Assembly: GCA_022771695.1 (NCBI GenBank)
Contig: JALEKJ010000060.1
Span: 49,397 to 113,396, forward strand
Length of the DNA: 64,000 nucleotides
DNA from: Roseburia sp.
GTDB taxonomy: Bacteria; Bacillota; Clostridia; Lachnospirales; Lachnospiraceae
Reading direction: 5' to 3'
Within the stretch, counting starts at the first letter, position 1. Each line of letters starts with the position of its first letter. Under the pieces are notes generated by a model that made no database searches, was not told the origin of the DNA, and saw only the letters and a program-made list of their open reading frames with translations. Positions 28,348-37,274 of the stretch are shown in pieces. The translations under genes were made by a program, and so were the position numbers.

Positions 28348-28499
28348 AAGTTTCCTCCAAGATGTCTTTTGTGTGATACTACTTTATCAAGGTAAAAAAA
28401 GATTAGCATTTCTTCTTATTATATATATGATGGTCAGAAATCAGACCAATGTACATTATACGACAGGATAATCTAATTGACAATGTGCAATTAGTAGGA

Positions 28500-28525
28500 A
28501 AAATATAAACTTTTTGTGAAGAAAA
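28500..28525 (+). repeat. 26-nt direct repeat, copy A (AAAATATAAACTTTTTGTGAAGAAAA)
   Basis: Identical to 31559-31584. Ends 91 nt upstream of the BMP gene ATG. Confidence 0.95.
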
Positions 28526-28616
28526 AGGGATTTATTTTTGGTAATATTCTGGTAAAATAGTATATTAGTAGGAAGAAAGTATGGAATAAATTGGTGAAGG
28601 TGTATAAGGAGGAAAG

Positions 28617-29843
28617 ATGAAGCGATTGTACAGAAGAAACTTGCGTATTTGCAGCATCGTACTGCTGTTGGTGTTTGCCATGGGGCTATTTACGGCATGT
28701 GGGGAGAGTATGGAAGTCGAAGATTTTGCCACAAATGACGGATACGAATTAGGGGGAACGCCGGCAGCAGGAAAAGCGGATGGAAACCAATCGGAGGAAA
28801 GTGCGGGGACCGGAATCTCAAAAGATATGATAAAAGTCGGAGTGCTTCATTTATCGGACCCGGCGGAGGGAAGCGGATACACTTATACGCATGATTTGGG
28901 GATTCAGGGGATGCAGCAGAATCTGGGATTATCTGACAGTCAGATTGTACGCAAGATAAATGTCAGTGATACAGATGCGGATGCGACAAGGGCAGCGATA
29001 CAGGAATGCATCGACGAAGGCTGCAATATCATATTTACCACCAGTTGGGGATATATGGAGACAACGGCAGAAATGGCAGAAGAATATCCCGATGTGTACT
29101 TTTCTCACGGAACCGGATATATGAGCAATGGAAGTAATTTTAACAATTATTTTGGAAGAATTTATCAGGCGAGATATTTAAGCGGAATTGTGGCGGGCAT
29201 GAATACAAAATCAGATAAAATTGGTTATGTGGCGGCGATGGATGCAACGAATTCAGAGGTGACAGGTGGAATCGATGCATTTGCACTTGGGGTCTATGCG
29301 GTCAATCCTGAGGCAAGAGTCTATGTAAAGGTTACGAATAGCTGGTTTGACCCGATTGCAGAAGAAGAGGCAGCAAGGCATCTTTTACAAATGGGATGTG
29401 ATGTTCTGACGCAGCATTGTGATACGGCGTACCCACAGACCTTGGCACAGGAGAAGGGCGTTTACAGTATCGGTTACAATTCGGATATGAGCAAAGATGC
29501 GCCGGAAGCATGTCTGTGCAGTGTTATCTGGAATTGGAGCGCTTATTATACGTCAGCGGTACAGAGTGTGATTGACAGCACCTGGGATGGAAGCAACTAT
29601 TATGGTGGTATGAATGAGAATCTTGTTGGAATAACATCGCTTGCGGATTTTTGTGCAGAAGGAACCGAGGCAAAGGTCGAGGAAGTAAAACAGAAGATTC
29701 TGTCGGGGGAATTTGGGGTATTTGACGGTGTGATGGAGACAAACACGGGAGAGACGATAGGAAAAGAAGGAAAGACGCTGGATGATGCAACGATAACGGG
29801 TGGAATCAACTGGTACTATAAGAATGTGGTTGTGGTGGAATAG
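28617..29843 (+). CDS. BMP-family (PnrA/Med-like) substrate-binding lipoprotein
   Basis: Lipobox LFTAC. Periplasmic-binding-protein-like body (IGYVAAMD.., [17 protein letters not shown]). AGGAGG RBS. Confidence 0.65.
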   Translation: MKRLYRRNLRICSIVLLLVFAMGLFTACGESMEVEDFATNDGYELGGTPAAGKADGNQSEESAGTGISKDMIKVGVLHLSDPAEGSGYTYTHDLGIQGMQQNLGLSDSQIVRKINVSDTDADATRAAIQECIDEGCNIIFTTSWGYMETTAEMAEEYPDVYFSHGTGYMSNGSNFNNYFGRIYQARYLSGIVAGMNTKSDKIGYVAAMDATNSEVTGGIDAFALGVYAVNPEARVYVKVTNSWFDPIAEEEAARHLLQMGCDVLTQHCDTAYPQTLAQEKGVYSIGYNSDMSKDAPEACLCSVIWNWSAYYTSAVQSVIDSTWDGSNYYGGMNENLVGITSLADFCAEGTEAKVEEVKQKILSGEFGVFDGVMETNTGETIGKEGKTLDDATITGGINWYYKNVVVVE

Positions 29844-29857
29844 GAGGGATTGAGCAT

Positions 29858-31558
29858 ATGAGCATTAAAAGAAAAATTTTGGCAGTAGCAATCATTCCTG
29901 TTCTGATACTTGGATTGATTTCCATGTTCTTAACAATGACAGTTGTGAAAAATTCTATGATTGATGAGGTTCAGGAGGCCTTAAAGGGAACAGCGGCAGC
30001 AACTCTGGCGGCATATGACCAGAATGCCGGAGAGTATGTGCAAAGCACCAATGGAGACATCTGGAAGGGCGGATACAACGTATCGAAGTCCGAGAGTCTC
30101 GTAGATAGGATTAAGGAAAATTCCGGTATGGACGTGACCTTTTTCTATGGAGACAAAAGAATTATGACATCGGCGTTTGATGCGGACGGTAATCGTATTT
30201 TAGGTTCGCCGGCAGGAGAAGTTATCGTAGAAAAAGTTTTGGTGGGAGAAGATGAATATTTCAGTAAAGCGGTTTCGTTAGATGGTACACTCAATTATGG
30301 ATATTATATACCGGTTTATCAGAACGGTACGACGGAGAACCCGGTCGGAATGATATTTGTCGGAACGAATAAGGCGGAAAAAGATGCTGCCATCAACAAA
30401 ATTATCGGAATGATTGCGGCTGCCGTATTGCTTGTTATGGTAATCTGCGCGTTTGGAGCAGTGGCGATGGCAAATTCCATCAGTAAGAACATTAAAAACA
30501 GCGTAGAAGCAGTAAAAAAAGTAGCTGAGGGAAATTTGAACGTCTGGGTGGATGAAAAGCTGCTTGGTAGGAAAGATGAAGTGGGTGACCTTTCCCGGGT
30601 AACAATTACACTGCGAGATGCGATGAAATCTACCATTAAAGAAATTTCGCGAAATGCCAAACAACTGCTTGAGGCGTCTGAGACGCTCGGTGCAGCCGCG
30701 GATAGTACAAACGGTACCATGCGGGAAGTAAAGCAGGCTGTTAATCTGATTGCAGAAAGCTCTACGGAGCAGGCTAGGAATTCCAAATCCACATCGGAGC
30801 ACATGCGAGTGATGGGGGAAGATATTACACAGACATCCGCAGAGGTGAATCTGCTTGACCGGAACGCAGAGTCTATGCAGCAATCCAGTGAAAAAGCGGC
30901 AGATACGCTTGGCAATTTACGTAAAATTAATGACGAGGTAGAAAGCATTATCGGTGAGGTACAGTTGCAAACGAACCGAACCAATGAGTCTGTGCAGAAG
31001 ATTCATGAAGCAACAGCGTTTATCACTTCCATAGCAGAGGAGACAAATCTTTTAAGCTTAAATGCGGCAATCGAAGCAGCGAGAGCCGGTGAAAGTGGCA
31101 GAGGATTTGCTGTGGTTGCGGATCAGATTCAGAAGCTTGCGGATCAGTCCAACAAATCCAGCAAGGAAATCGAGAAGACAACACGCAATTTGATGGAGGA
31201 TTCCGGGAAAGCAGTTGAAATTATGCAGAAAATGCAGAAGATTATTGAAAGCCAGAATCAGAGCATGCTTGACACACAAAGCATTGTGGAGGAGGTATTG
31301 GATGAAATCTCCAATTCCATGCATAGTATAGAGCAGATTAAGAACAGTGCAAAGCGTCTTGAAGATTCGAGAAATGAAGTGGTACAGGCGGTAGGAGAAC
31401 TTTCGGATATTGCACAGGACAATGCGTCGAGCACAAGAAAAACATATGATGCAACGCAGGAGGTTGCAGGAACATTTGAGCAAGTTTCCACGAGCGCGGG
31501 TAGGCTGCGCGAGATTGCAGATGAACTTGTAGAGAGTATTGACTATTTTAAATTATAG
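29858..31558 (+). CDS. methyl-accepting chemotaxis protein with extracytoplasmic Cache-like sensor
   Basis: Signalling-domain core [34 protein letters not shown]. Two TM segments flank a ~170-aa sensor. HAMP-like segment present. Confidence 0.9.
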   Translation: MSIKRKILAVAIIPVLILGLISMFLTMTVVKNSMIDEVQEALKGTAAATLAAYDQNAGEYVQSTNGDIWKGGYNVSKSESLVDRIKENSGMDVTFFYGDKRIMTSAFDADGNRILGSPAGEVIVEKVLVGEDEYFSKAVSLDGTLNYGYYIPVYQNGTTENPVGMIFVGTNKAEKDAAINKIIGMIAAAVLLVMVICAFGAVAMANSISKNIKNSVEAVKKVAEGNLNVWVDEKLLGRKDEVGDLSRVTITLRDAMKSTIKEISRNAKQLLEASETLGAAADSTNGTMREVKQAVNLIAESSTEQARNSKSTSEHMRVMGEDITQTSAEVNLLDRNAESMQQSSEKAADTLGNLRKINDEVESIIGEVQLQTNRTNESVQKIHEATAFITSIAEETNLLSLNAAIEAARAGESGRGFAVVADQIQKLADQSNKSSKEIEKTTRNLMEDSGKAVEIMQKMQKIIESQNQSMLDTQSIVEEVLDEISNSMHSIEQIKNSAKRLEDSRNEVVQAVGELSDIAQDNASSTRKTYDATQEVAGTFEQVSTSAGRLREIADELVESIDYFKL

Positions 31559-31584
31559 AAAATATAAACTTTTTGTGAAGAAAA
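31559..31584 (+). repeat. 26-nt direct repeat, copy B
   Basis: Identical to 28500-28525. Begins 1 nt after the MCP stop codon and ends 80 nt upstream of the next ATG. Confidence 0.95.
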
Positions 31585-31594
31585 TGAGTGTGGA

Positions 31595-31622
31595 TTGACA
31601 ATGAACTTGTGTCTGGTATACT
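31595..31622 (+). promoter_or_regulatory. candidate sigma-A promoter of the rhomboid-like gene
   Basis: TTGACA-16 nt-TATACT. Confidence 0.55.
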
Positions 31623-31664
31623 TGAAAAAGTAGTATTAATCAGAAAGGCAAGGAATACAGTATT

Positions 31665-32522
31665 ATGAACTGGTTGAATAAATTAGAACGCAAATGCGGG
31701 CATCTCGCAATTCCAAATCTGATTGTATGGCTGATTGGAGCATATTCGCTTGGTTTTATCCTATATAAAACAAGTCCGGCGATTCTAGATGTGATGACAT
31801 TGAGTCCATATCATATTCTGCACGGGCAGATTTGGCGTCTGCTGACATGGGTTTTTGTGCCGTCGACGACAAGTCTGTTTTCATTGCTGATTATGGCATT
31901 GCTGTATTACCAGCTTGGAACGGCATTGGAGCGCACATGGGGAACATTTCGGTTTAATGTTTATATTTTCAGTGGTATGCTCTTTACTGTGATAGGTGCG
32001 TTTATACTTTATGGTATCATGTATATGATATATGGCGGCGTGATGCCTGTGATGCAGTACATCGGTTATGGATTCAGTACGAACTTTATTAATCTGTCTA
32101 TCTTTTTGGCATTTGCGATGACCTATCCGGATATGCAGATATTATTGATGTTCTTTATTCCAATAAAAATGAAGTGGATGGGGATTGTCTATGGCATTTT
32201 AGTATTTGTTGAGTTTATTGAAGGAAGCTGGGCGACGAAGATTGCGATTGTGATGTCACTCCTCAATTTCATCATTTTTTTCTTCTCTACGCGTGATGTG
32301 AAGCGTTATGCGCCGCGTGAGGTAAAGCGCAGACAGAAGTTCAAAGCACAGATGCGTGAGCCCGCCGGATATGCAAACGGAGCACATCATAAGTGTGCAG
32401 TCTGCGGGAGGACAGAACTTGATGACCCAACCTTAGAGTTCCGTTTTTGCTCGAAATGTGAGGGGAATTATGAATATTGTCAGGATCATCTCTTTACACA
32501 TCAACATATGCGACGAAGCTAG
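31665..32522 (+). CDS. rhomboid-like polytopic membrane protein with C-terminal Cys-rich zinc-finger tail
   Basis: HGQIWRLLTWVFVP motif and about 6 TM segments. Tail HKCAVCG..FCSKCEG..CQDH. Confidence 0.6.
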   Translation: MNWLNKLERKCGHLAIPNLIVWLIGAYSLGFILYKTSPAILDVMTLSPYHILHGQIWRLLTWVFVPSTTSLFSLLIMALLYYQLGTALERTWGTFRFNVYIFSGMLFTVIGAFILYGIMYMIYGGVMPVMQYIGYGFSTNFINLSIFLAFAMTYPDMQILLMFFIPIKMKWMGIVYGILVFVEFIEGSWATKIAIVMSLLNFIIFFFSTRDVKRYAPREVKRRQKFKAQMREPAGYANGAHHKCAVCGRTELDDPTLEFRFCSKCEGNYEYCQDHLFTHQHMRRS

Positions 32523-32552
32523 AAACGATATGTGAGAAAAAAGAAAATAAGA

Positions 32553-32593
32553 AAGACGAAGCTCTGTTGTGATTGCGGGAGCTTCGTCTTTTT
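32553..32593 (+). terminator. intrinsic terminator
   Basis: 12-bp stem AAGACGAAGCTC / GAGCTTCGTCTT followed by TTT. Confidence 0.8.
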
Positions 32594-32700
32594 GCTTCAT
32601 AGGAAATTCTTATGAAACAAAACGCTCCGCGTGGATGTGCAGCTTGCGGAGAGGAATATATTGCTACGCAATCCGCTCGCGCGTGAAACTGTGCGGAGCA
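32594..32700 (+). repeat. post-terminator repeat element, copy 1
   Basis: First 48 nt are 40/48 identical to 36984-37031. Contains hairpin CTTCATA..TATGAA and a GC-rich CGCTCCGCG..GCGGAGC part. Confidence 0.75.
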
Positions 32701-32719
32701 CACTTTTTATGAGAATAAG

Positions 32720-33817
32720 TTATTTCCGATAGAAAGTTGCCAGTGAATCCATGCGGGCACTCATATTTGAAAAAAGTGCATCTACGATGGTGATAGCTGC
32801 CATAGACTCAACAACAACGACAGCACGCGGTACAATGATTGGGTCATGGCGTCCTTTGATGTTGATATCAATTTCATCACCGGATTTATTGACTGTCTGC
32901 TGGGTTGCAGCGATGGAGGGGGTTGGTTTGATAGAAGCACGAAGAATGATGTCGCTTCCGTCACTGATGCCGCCCAAAATTCCACCGGCGTGGTTTGTGA
33001 CTTTTTCGATAGAACCGTTCGCAGAAAGGCGGAATGCGTCATTATTATTTTTGCCGGTTGCTTTGGCTACATCAAATCCATCACCGATTTCAAAGCCCTT
33101 GACTGCGCCGATAGACATAATTGCCTTGGCAAGGTTGGCGTTTAATTTTTCAAAAACAGGGTCGCCGATGCCGACCGGCATGCCGCATATGATACACTCT
33201 ACGACACCGCCGGAAGAATTGAGTTCTGCCATGCAGGCATCAAGATATGCCTGAGCATTTTCTGCAGCCTCTGTATCTGGCATATTTAGCGGATTTTCGG
33301 CAATCTGAGAAGCATCGAAGTTCTTGACTGTGATTGGACCGATAGACTTTGTATAAGTTGTGAACGTAATGCCGAGTTGATTTAAGATTTTTACGGCAAT
33401 CGCACCTGCAGCAACACGTCCGATAGTCTCCCTGCCGGAGGAACGTCCACCGCCACGATAGTCGCGAAAACCGTATTTCATATCGAATGTATAGTCGGCA
33501 TGTCCCGGACGATAGTAGGATGCGATTTCGCTATAGTCCCCAGAATGTTGGTTTTTATTATAGACGACCAGAGAAATAGGAGTGCCGGTAGTTTTCCCAT
33601 CAAAGACACCGGAGAGAATCTCTACGGTATCGTCTTCTTTGCGCGGGGTAGTGTATTTTGACTGTCCCGGTTTCCTGCGGTCTAAAAATTTCTGGATATC
33701 TTCTTCACATAAAGGAAGGCCTGCCGGGCATCCATCCACTACGACACCGACGCCTTTGCCGTGGGACTCACCCCAGGTTGTGATTTTAAAGATTGTGCCA
33801 AAAGTAGAGCCTGCCAT
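32720..33817 (-). CDS. aroC: chorismate synthase
   Basis: TTWGESHG, YRPGHADYT and GGGRSSGRET. Start at MAGSTFG behind AAGGAG (the ORF track begins 12 codons earlier). Confidence 0.93.
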   Translation of the reverse strand: MAGSTFGTIFKITTWGESHGKGVGVVVDGCPAGLPLCEEDIQKFLDRRKPGQSKYTTPRKEDDTVEILSGVFDGKTTGTPISLVVYNKNQHSGDYSEIASYYRPGHADYTFDMKYGFRDYRGGGRSSGRETIGRVAAGAIAVKILNQLGITFTTYTKSIGPITVKNFDASQIAENPLNMPDTEAAENAQAYLDACMAELNSSGGVVECIICGMPVGIGDPVFEKLNANLAKAIMSIGAVKGFEIGDGFDVAKATGKNNNDAFRLSANGSIEKVTNHAGGILGGISDGSDIILRASIKPTPSIAATQQTVNKSGDEIDINIKGRHDPIIVPRAVVVVESMAAITIVDALFSNMSARMDSLATFYRK

Positions 33818-34028
33818 AATATTATCTCCTTTGCGCTCCATGCGGAGTACCATATTTTGGTAAAAAGATGCAAGACCTAACGGTCCCTTGTAGAAAACAA
33901 CTCCGTGGGAGGTATTTTTTACATTATAAAAGATTTGACTTTGCGTGACAACTGGAATGTGTTAATATAATGCAATAAAATGTAAGTAGGCAAAGGATAA
34001 GAAAGAGAAAAGGCTGGCAGGTAATCGG

Positions 34029-35342
34029 ATGAAAAGAGAACGCTATCTTGTAAAGAAAATAACGGCCCCCATTGATTGGGTAGTGGAGGTTCCCGGTTCA
34101 AAGAGCATAACCAATCGCGCGCTTCTTCTGGCAGCATTGTCAGATGGAAGGGTAGAGGTAGAAGGTGTGCTGTTCTCCGATGATTCCAGACATTTTTTGG
34201 CATCTTTAGAGAACCTTGGTTTTTCTTTGAGCATCAATGAAGAAAAAAAGTGCGTTGCAGTTGTTGGCTGTGGTGGAAAAATTCCGAAGAAGGAAGCAAC
34301 CATCGATGTGGGAAGTGCGGGAACTGCGGCGCGGTTTCTTACGGCGATGCTCGGCTTTTCGGACGGAATTTATACCATACAGGCTTCCGAGCAGATGAAA
34401 CGTCGCCCAATGAAGCCGCTTTTTGATTTGTTAGAAGGTGTCGGTGCAAAGATTTCCTATCTGGAAAGAGAAGGATTTCTGCCGATTCGCATTATAGGAC
34501 GGGCTTATGGCGAGGGAGAAAAGGCGGAGGCAGAGTCGCTTTCAATTTCACTAGATATCAGCAAGAGTACGCAATTTTTAAGTGCACTTCTTTTGATTAC
34601 GCCGATGATAAAGCAGGGACTCTACATTCACATCACCAGTGAGAAAACGGATGGTTCTTACATCCGCATTACCAGAAAGATGATGCAGGAGTTCGGGGTG
34701 GAAGTCATTTTTGATGGCAGAGATTATCGGGTGAAAAAAGATGCTTCCTATCATAGAACTTCCTATATCGTAGAGCCGGATATGTCGGCTGCTTGTTACT
34801 TTTATGCGGCTGCTGCGATGACAGGAGGCAAGGCGTTAGTGAGACGTGTGCATATGAATAATACGCAGGGAGATTTACGCTTTCTTAAAGTGTTAGAGCA
34901 GATGGGGTGTGCAGTGTGTGAGAGTGAGCAGGGAATTGAAGTATGTGGACCGGCGGGCGGTAAGCTAAAAGGTATCACGATTGATATGAACGATTTTTCG
35001 GATCAGGCGTTGACTCTTGCGGCGATAGCACCGTTTGCAGAGGATATCGTACGCATAGAAAATATTGGACATATCAGAGGACAGGAATGCGATCGTATTC
35101 ATGCGATTGTGACAGAGTTGCAGCGACTTGGCATGCGATGTGACGAAGCGGAGGATGCAGTGACGATTTATCCGGGAATCCCGACGGGAGGTACGGTAGA
35201 GACCTATGAGGATCACCGTGTGGCGATGGCGTTTTCACTGATAGGACTTCGGACAGAGGGCGTGTGGATTGACAATCCGGCGTGTTGCGGAAAAACGTTT
35301 GAAGATTATTTTGAAATTTTGGACCGGTTAACGGGAAAATAA
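34029..35342 (+). CDS. aroA: 3-phosphoshikimate 1-carboxyvinyltransferase (EPSP synthase)
   Basis: VPGSKSITNRALLLAAL, GSAGTAARFL and DHRVAMAF. Confidence 0.93.
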   Translation: MKRERYLVKKITAPIDWVVEVPGSKSITNRALLLAALSDGRVEVEGVLFSDDSRHFLASLENLGFSLSINEEKKCVAVVGCGGKIPKKEATIDVGSAGTAARFLTAMLGFSDGIYTIQASEQMKRRPMKPLFDLLEGVGAKISYLEREGFLPIRIIGRAYGEGEKAEAESLSISLDISKSTQFLSALLLITPMIKQGLYIHITSEKTDGSYIRITRKMMQEFGVEVIFDGRDYRVKKDASYHRTSYIVEPDMSAACYFYAAAAMTGGKALVRRVHMNNTQGDLRFLKVLEQMGCAVCESEQGIEVCGPAGGKLKGITIDMNDFSDQALTLAAIAPFAEDIVRIENIGHIRGQECDRIHAIVTELQRLGMRCDEAEDAVTIYPGIPTGGTVETYEDHRVAMAFSLIGLRTEGVWIDNPACCGKTFEDYFEILDRLTGK

Positions 35343-35362
35343 GATAGAAAGAGAGAAAAGAA

Positions 35363-36511
35363 ATGTACGAATTAATAAAACAGGAAGGTCGCGCGAAACG
35401 TGGTGTGTTTCATACCGTTCATGGAGATATCCAGACACCGGTATTTATGAATGTCGGTACCGTTGCAGCAATCAAGGGCGCTGTATCTACGGAGGATTTG
35501 GAAAATATTAAATGCCAGGTGGAACTTTCAAATACGTATCATCTTCTTGTCCGTACGGGAGATAAACTGATTAAAGAAGTGGGAGGACTTCACAAGTTTA
35601 TGTCGTGGAATAAGCCAATCCTCACCGATTCCGGAGGCTTTCAAGTGTTTTCCCTTGCGGGACTTCGTAAGATTAAAGAGGAAGGCGTGTACTTTAATTC
35701 TCATATTGACGGTAAAAAAATCTTTATGGGACCGGAGGAGAGTATGCAGATTCAGTCGAATCTGGGCTCTACCATAGCGATGGCGTTTGATGAGTGTCCG
35801 CCGGCGCTGGCAGAGCGTAGGTATGTGGAGGATTCCGTAGCGCGTACAACACGTTGGTTAGAACGTTGTCAAAAAGAAATGAAGCGTTTAAACTCCTTGG
35901 ATGACACGGTGAATAAGAAACAGATGCTCTTTGGAATCAATCAGGGTGCCATCATACCGGATATTCGAATTGACCATGCGAAGCGCATTTCCGAGATGGA
36001 TTTGGACGGCTATGCAGTGGGAGGACTTGCCGTAGGAGAGAGTCATGAGGAGATGTATCATATCTTGGATGAGACCGTGCCGTATCTGCCGGTAAACAAG
36101 CCTACTTATTTGATGGGAGTCGGTACGCCGGCGAACATTTTAGAGGGTGTAGAGCGCGGAATAGATTTTTTTGACTGTGTATATCCGTCACGAAACGGGC
36201 GTCATGGTCATGTATACACGAATCAGGGAAAAATCAATCTGTTCAACCAGAAGTACGAAAAAGATATGCGTCCAATCGAAGAAGGATGTGGCTGCCCTGC
36301 CTGTCGCCGTTACAGCAGAGCATATATCCGTCATCTGTTAAAAGCAAAGGAGATGCTCGGCATGCGTCTTTGTGTACTGCATAACCTTTATTTCTATAAC
36401 ACGATGATGGAAGAAATCCGAGATGCTTTGGATGCCGGTAACTTTAAATCATATAAGGAAGAAAAATTGTACGGCATGGGACAGATAAATCGTGAGAAAG
36501 AAAATGTATAA
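35363..36511 (+). CDS. tgt: tRNA-guanine transglycosylase
   Basis: TPVFMNVGT, LTDSGGFQVFSL and zinc site CGCPACRRYSRAYIRHL. Confidence 0.95.
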   Translation: MYELIKQEGRAKRGVFHTVHGDIQTPVFMNVGTVAAIKGAVSTEDLENIKCQVELSNTYHLLVRTGDKLIKEVGGLHKFMSWNKPILTDSGGFQVFSLAGLRKIKEEGVYFNSHIDGKKIFMGPEESMQIQSNLGSTIAMAFDECPPALAERRYVEDSVARTTRWLERCQKEMKRLNSLDDTVNKKQMLFGINQGAIIPDIRIDHAKRISEMDLDGYAVGGLAVGESHEEMYHILDETVPYLPVNKPTYLMGVGTPANILEGVERGIDFFDCVYPSRNGRHGHVYTNQGKINLFNQKYEKDMRPIEEGCGCPACRRYSRAYIRHLLKAKEMLGMRLCVLHNLYFYNTMMEEIRDALDAGNFKSYKEEKLYGMGQINREKENV

Positions 36512-36526
36512 ATACATTGAAAATAC

Positions 36527-36555
36527 TTGCCGAAAACGCATATTTTGTGTACAAT
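36527..36555 (+). promoter_or_regulatory. candidate sigma-A promoter of yajC
   Basis: TTGCCG-17 nt-TACAAT. Confidence 0.5.
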
Positions 36556-36614
36556 GTTCTATAACGTCCGTTAGGACGTACTTATGTGAAAAGTAATGTT
36601 TAGGAGGAATTAAG

Positions 36615-36935
36615 ATGTTATCAATCTTAGCAACAGATGCAGCCAGCAGTGCGGCTGGTATGGGAAGCATGATCATCTCGCTGGTTATTTTATTTGCATT
36701 TATGTATTTCTTTATGATTCGCCCACAGCAGAAAGAGGCGAAGCAGAAGAACGCAATGCTTTCAGCACTTGCAGTAGGTGATACTGTGCTTACTACAAGC
36801 GGATTTTACGGAACAGTGATCGATATCACAGATGACACAGTTATCGTTGAGTTCGGAAGCAACAAGAACTGCCGTATCCCAATGCAGAAGGCGGCGATTG
36901 CTCAGGTAGAGAAGCCGGAAGATGCTGCAGAATAA
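36615..36935 (+). CDS. yajC: preprotein translocase subunit YajC
   Basis: 106 aa with a single TM. MIRPQQK..GD.V.T.GG..G.V motif. Lies directly after tgt, as in other Firmicutes. Confidence 0.85.
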   Translation: MLSILATDAASSAAGMGSMIISLVILFAFMYFFMIRPQQKEAKQKNAMLSALAVGDTVLTTSGFYGTVIDITDDTVIVEFGSNKNCRIPMQKAAIAQVEKPEDAAE

Positions 36936-36954
36936 TTTGAACATGGATATGAGG

Positions 36955-36983
36955 AAGAACCGCTGAACCAGCGGTTCTTTTTT
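36955..36983 (+). terminator. intrinsic terminator of yajC
   Basis: Stem AAGAACCGCT / AGCGGTTCTT followed by TTTT. Confidence 0.8.
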
Positions 36984-37060
36984 ACTTCATAGAAAATTTA
37001 TATGAAGTAAAACGCTCCGCGGGGATGCGCATAGAACTTTTTTATTGCGCTTCGCGCGAA
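36984..37060 (+). repeat. post-terminator repeat element, copy 2
   Basis: ACTTCATAGAAAATTTATATGAAGTAAAACGCTCCGCGGGGATGCGCA.., homologous to 32594-32700. Confidence 0.75.
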
Positions 37061-37274
37061 AGGAAAAATATACAAGAAGTACAAATCACATTTTGATTTT
37101 TATATATTTGAGGAATGTATACTATTATTAAATATGAAATCGGGTTATAGGCTCCATGAAAAAGAAAAATAGAATCAGTGGTTGCAATGTTTCCGCAGAT
37201 ACATTATTATAGAATCTATATATTGTTCATTAGTAACGTACTAAAGTGTGAAACAAGAAGAGAGGGAATAGAAC

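Noticed and set aside
28477-28510. TTGACA at 28477 as the -35 of a BMP-gene promoter
   Set aside because: No acceptable -10 hexamer lies 16-18 nt downstream. TTGGTA-17-TATATT nearer the gene is only weak, so no promoter was called for this gene.
30278-30984. Long antisense ORFs (201 and 221 aa) inside the MCP gene
   Set aside because: They are embedded opposite a gene with an unambiguous MCP signalling domain. Composition is low-complexity (Ser/Cys/Phe-rich) and there is no RBS. The same reasoning applies to antisense ORFs inside ilvD (38712-39360), ilvB (40534-41378), serA (43616-44140), the M16 peptidase (47057-47677), htpG (13693-14124), the activase (26059-27162) and the large zinc-ribbon gene (16900-17340).
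32494-32703. 69-aa minus-strand ORF covering the post-terminator repeat element
   Set aside because: It spans a terminator and the repeat, and has no RBS. Copy 2 of the repeat does not preserve the frame.
36936-37274. Possible T-box or other riboswitch leader upstream of leuB; also checked upstream of glyQS, serC, ilvD and the BMP gene
   Set aside because: I found no T-box core (..GGTGGTACCGCG..-like) and no specifier/antiterminator architecture. There was also no purine, preQ1 or glycine aptamer-like conserved core. The glyQS and serC upstream gaps are too short.
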